Assembly: GCA_964652335.1 (NCBI GenBank)
Contig: CAZZDL010000011.1
Location: 1-18,491, forward strand
Source: Candidatus Micrarchaeota archaeon
GTDB lineage: Archaea; B1Sed10-29; WALL01; WAMD01
Reading direction: 5' to 3'
Length of the DNA: 18,491 nucleotides
In this document: piece by piece, positions 15,593 to 18,491 of the stretch
Layout: each line of letters starts with the position of its first letter
Position numbering within the stretch: the first letter of the stretch is position 1
The notes under the pieces: generated by a model
What the model was told of the DNA's origin: nothing
The model's input: only the letters and a program-made list of their open reading frames with translations
Database searches by the model: none
Position numbers and translations under genes: made by a program

Positions 15593-16930
15593 TGACTTCC
15601 TCAGTACTCCTCTGGCAGCAATTATTCCTGTAACTGCAGCATAGACGATTCCTCTAGAAAACCCGCTTGCGTCGCCTGCTACAAATAAGCCATTGACATT
15701 TGTCTCAAGCCATTTATCAGTCTCGTACTTCGTATCATAAAACTTTATCTCTGGAGCGTATATCAGAGTAGTATCAGAAGCAATACCAGGAATAACTTCA
15801 TTTAATTTTTCCAGGGCTTCAATTACATTTTGGACAACTCTTTGAGGCATTGCCATGGATATATCTCCTGGAGTAACATCCTTCAACGTAGGTTCTATTG
15901 GTGCCTTATTTATCCGTCCCCAAGTACTCCTACGACCTTTCTTCAAATCTTTGTACCTCTGAAGTATAGGTCTACCCCCACCTATTGTAGTAGCCAGCCT
16001 CGCAATGCTCCTCCCGTACTCTGTAGTATCCTCAACAGGATTTGTGAGGTGAATCCTAGTAAGCAAGGCTAGATTTGTATTTTGGGATTTGGTGTCCTTT
16101 TCAGCGTGTCCATTAACCAACACAAAATCGTCATAATGCTCAGCCGTTACATAACCCCTAGGATTTGTGCAAAATGTTCTAACCATGTCATCATATGTCT
16201 CAGTGTACAATCTAAATTTCGCATCATACATAACTTTCTCAACGTTCCCGTATATCTCTGCAGGAAACTCTATGCGGACACCCACATCTATCGGGCCATA
16301 TTTTGTAGTGACTCCTATGGATCGTAACTGTTTCCTTAGCCAATAAGCCTTCCCTCTGCCTGGCGCGCAGATCAGATAATCGGTGGATAGATCTCCTTTG
16401 CTTGTCAATAATTCAAAGCTGTTATCGCTTTTCTTTATCTCTTTAACTTCTGTCCCAAGTATGAAATCAACTCCTCGCTTTTTAAGATCTGTGTAAAAGT
16501 TATGTATAACACCTGGCAATTTGTCAGTGCCCACATGCTTCTGCTTTCCAGCTATGAACTCTATCCCTGCTCTGTTTGCCTTCTTTTTCAACTCAACGAG
16601 GCCGTTACTATCTAAACCAAAGCACTCATCTGGAACTCCATATCTGACAAAAATAGAATCAACCATATCAATGAGCTCTTGAATATCTGACGGACTCCTG
16701 TTCAGCTCACTAGGATCTCCCCCTATTTCGTAGGTCAGATTAAGTTTTCCATCTGAGAATGTTCCTGATCCTCCGACACCAAACACGGCTTCTACTGGAT
16801 TTAGTTTTGGATTTCTAGCTAATGGTTCTTTACCAAGATCCACAACGCCAACCTTTACCTTACCTGCCAACTCATTTGCTGCGAATAAACCAGCAGGACC
16901 TGCACCTATAATGACAACATCATAATGCAT
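15590..16930 (-). CDS. NAD(P)/FAD-dependent oxidoreductase (COG2509-like uncharacterized FAD-dependent dehydrogenase)
   Basis: DVVIIGAGPAG, GVGGSGTFSDGKL, VRTFCTNPRGYV, VNGHA, YAPEIKFY, GLFVAGDASGFSRGI. Confidence 0.9.
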   Translation of the reverse strand: MHYDVVIIGAGPAGLFAANELAGKVKVGVVDLGKEPLARNPKLNPVEAVFGVGGSGTFSDGKLNLTYEIGGDPSELNRSPSDIQELIDMVDSIFVRYGVPDECFGLDSNGLVELKKKANRAGIEFIAGKQKHVGTDKLPGVIHNFYTDLKKRGVDFILGTEVKEIKKSDNSFELLTSKGDLSTDYLICAPGRGKAYWLRKQLRSIGVTTKYGPIDVGVRIEFPAEIYGNVEKVMYDAKFRLYTETYDDMVRTFCTNPRGYVTAEHYDDFVLVNGHAEKDTKSQNTNLALLTRIHLTNPVEDTTEYGRSIARLATTIGGGRPILQRYKDLKKGRRSTWGRINKAPIEPTLKDVTPGDISMAMPQRVVQNVIEALEKLNEVIPGIASDTTLIYAPEIKFYDTKYETDKWLETNVNGLFVAGDASGFSRGIVYAAVTGIIAARGVLRKS

Positions 16931-17018
16931 GAGATCCCTCTACTATTTTGATGGAACAGGATTATAATGCTTTCGTAGTGCTCTAATATTTATAAACTGT
17001 TTGCTCGTTAGAAGAAAC

Positions 17019-18179
17019 ATGGAAACTTTCTTACTGCTCGCAAGCATATTCATGTTTTCATTAGTGACTGGTTGGATATTTGAAAAATTTAAGATTCCAT
17101 GGCTGTTCGCCCCTTTAATCTTTGGTGTTATACTAAATGAAATTGGAATATCATCAAGTGAAATTGCCTCTCTTGGCTCTCTTGGAATGTATTTCATGCT
17201 ATTCCTAGTTGGATTTGAACTTGACCTAGAAAAAATAAGAAAGACTAGCCACATAATCATCAACACTACTTTAGCTATTCAAATCCTGTCCACTACTGCG
17301 TGGACCCTCATATTGCTAGCTCTAGGTTACCCATTTATAGTAGCATTAATAGTGGGTTTAACCGCTCACTGTGTAGGAGAAGCAGTGCTTGTTCCAATAT
17401 TGGACGAATTCAAATTATTAAAGAGTAAAATAGGTACTGCTATTATTGGAATAGGAACCCTAGATGATGTATTTGAAGTTGCGGCTCTTCTCCTTGCTGG
17501 GAGTCTTATAACAAGTCAAAGAGTGAGTGTAGAAAACGTGGGAAAAGCAATATTCATCTTGTTGATAATAGCAGCGATAACATTAGTAATGATTAAGGTA
17601 GAGGGGCTTAAATCAAAAATAATGAGAGTCCCAAAAGTAGAAGAATTGTTGTTAATAGGATTAACAACGCTATTCGTCTTCACTGCTCTGGGAAGTATGG
17701 CAAACGCAGAGGGAATAGGCGCAATATTAGCGGGAATAGCAATAAGGAACTTAGTACCAAATAAGGAATTAGAAAAAGCTGAATTTGGAATAAAGAGTTT
17801 GGCCTACTCTTTCCTTGGTCCAATATTCTTTGCGTGGGTCGGAATGAGTATTAACTTGAATACAATCATGATATTCCCACTACTGACAATCGCATTCTAT
17901 ATAATCCCAATGATTGCAAAGATAGCTGCCAGTTGGTTGGTGATGTTTAGAGAATTTGGAAAGTTACATTCTCTCTTCGCTGGAATCGCATTATCAGTCA
18001 GATTCTCAACTGAATTAGTAGTAGCCCAATTACTATTCACGCATGGTATCATTGATCCAACATTATTCACAGCAATAGTTGCATCCTCTGCTCTAGCTAC
18101 AATTATAAATCCACTTTTGCTAGTTGGGATGATAAGAGAGATTGGAATAAGAAAAATAAAATCCCCAGCAAGAACATAG
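17019..18179 (+). CDS. Cation:proton antiporter (CPA/KefB-like)
   Basis: About 12 TM helices; LGMYFMLFLVGFELD, GTLDDVFE, FLGPIFFAWVGMSIN, RFSTELVVA. ATG 17019 preferred because TTTATAAA at 16989-16996 fits a leaderless start. Confidence 0.9.
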   Translation: METFLLLASIFMFSLVTGWIFEKFKIPWLFAPLIFGVILNEIGISSSEIASLGSLGMYFMLFLVGFELDLEKIRKTSHIIINTTLAIQILSTTAWTLILLALGYPFIVALIVGLTAHCVGEAVLVPILDEFKLLKSKIGTAIIGIGTLDDVFEVAALLLAGSLITSQRVSVENVGKAIFILLIIAAITLVMIKVEGLKSKIMRVPKVEELLLIGLTTLFVFTALGSMANAEGIGAILAGIAIRNLVPNKELEKAEFGIKSLAYSFLGPIFFAWVGMSINLNTIMIFPLLTIAFYIIPMIAKIAASWLVMFREFGKLHSLFAGIALSVRFSTELVVAQLLFTHGIIDPTLFTAIVASSALATIINPLLLVGMIREIGIRKIKSPART

Positions 18180-18180
18180 A

Positions 18181-18456
18181 GCGGTGGACATCCCTGGGTC
18201 GACATCACCACCAGACAGTGCTTTATCCTCCAACCTCCTCAGCCCCGTAATCCTACAAGCGCCATCTAGCTGGGCTACGGTTGCTCCCTTCCGGGCCTGG
18301 CCGGTTTCACCCAACTAGACAGCCAAGTAGGGCGGGGCGTCTTAGTTGGTTGGAGGGGCACCATCTAGCAATGGTGCCTTCCCAGGGCATTCAGCCCCCC
18401 CATAAGGCGGGTTTGAGGTTACAGGGGACCGCCAACCCCCCAGCCTAGTCCACCGC
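18181..18456 (-). ncRNA. ffs: Signal recognition particle (7S) RNA, archaeal type, apparently lacking helix 6
   Basis: Terminal helix GCGGTGGAC/GTCCACCGC; Alu domain GGACTAGGCT...CCTGTAAC...GGCTGAA; long helix 5; helix 8 CGGCCAGGCCCGGAAGGGAGCAACCG with GGAA tetraloop and CAGG/AGCA SRP54-binding loop. TTTTAAA box at 18480-18486. Confidence 0.95.
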
Positions 18457-18491
18457 ATTCTAGTTTGTGTAAAAACATGTTTAAAATGATT

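Noticed and set aside
18120..18314. 64-aa minus-strand ORF
   Set aside because: It lies largely within the SRP RNA gene.
18357..18378. Apparent extra hairpin GGCACCAT-N6-ATGGTGCC inside the SRP RNA
   Set aside because: The same strand pairs almost fully (with G-U pairs) to 18201-18221 as part of helix 5, so no inserted helix is needed.
18181..18456. RNase P RNA as an alternative identity
   Set aside because: There are no GAGGAAAGUCC / AACAGAA P4 motifs, whereas the SRP helix 8 and Alu motifs are clear.

Overview
This is an archaeal chromosomal segment. It has TATA/BRE promoters, GGTGA/GGAGGTGA ribosome-binding sites, a class I HMG-CoA reductase, a class III pilin, and archaeal-type 5S and SRP RNAs. 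The compact layout, unlinked 5S and Ig-rich surface proteins would fit a DPANN-like, possibly thermophilic lineage, but that is inference only. Genes in order: polyamine aminopropyltransferase; hicB-hicA toxin-antitoxin pair bracketed by an exact 51-bp direct repeat containing a promoter and RBS; two large membrane-anchored Ig-like surface proteins; trm1; rnhB; an HD-domain hydrolase; a stand-alone 5S rRNA with an unusual C-rich hairpin trailer; an unannotated 49-aa membrane protein; a candidate ~50-nt small RNA; hmgA; uppP; a ~1175-aa coiled-coil protein; a type IV pilin; an FAD-dependent oxidoreductase; a cation:proton antiporter; SRP RNA. The most notable observations are the promoter-duplicating TA cassette, an SRP RNA with no room for helix 6, the cluster of tiny genes and RNAs at 8615-9404, and spermine-synthase-like motifs in the aminopropyltransferase. 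All family calls come from motif recognition; no database searches were run.
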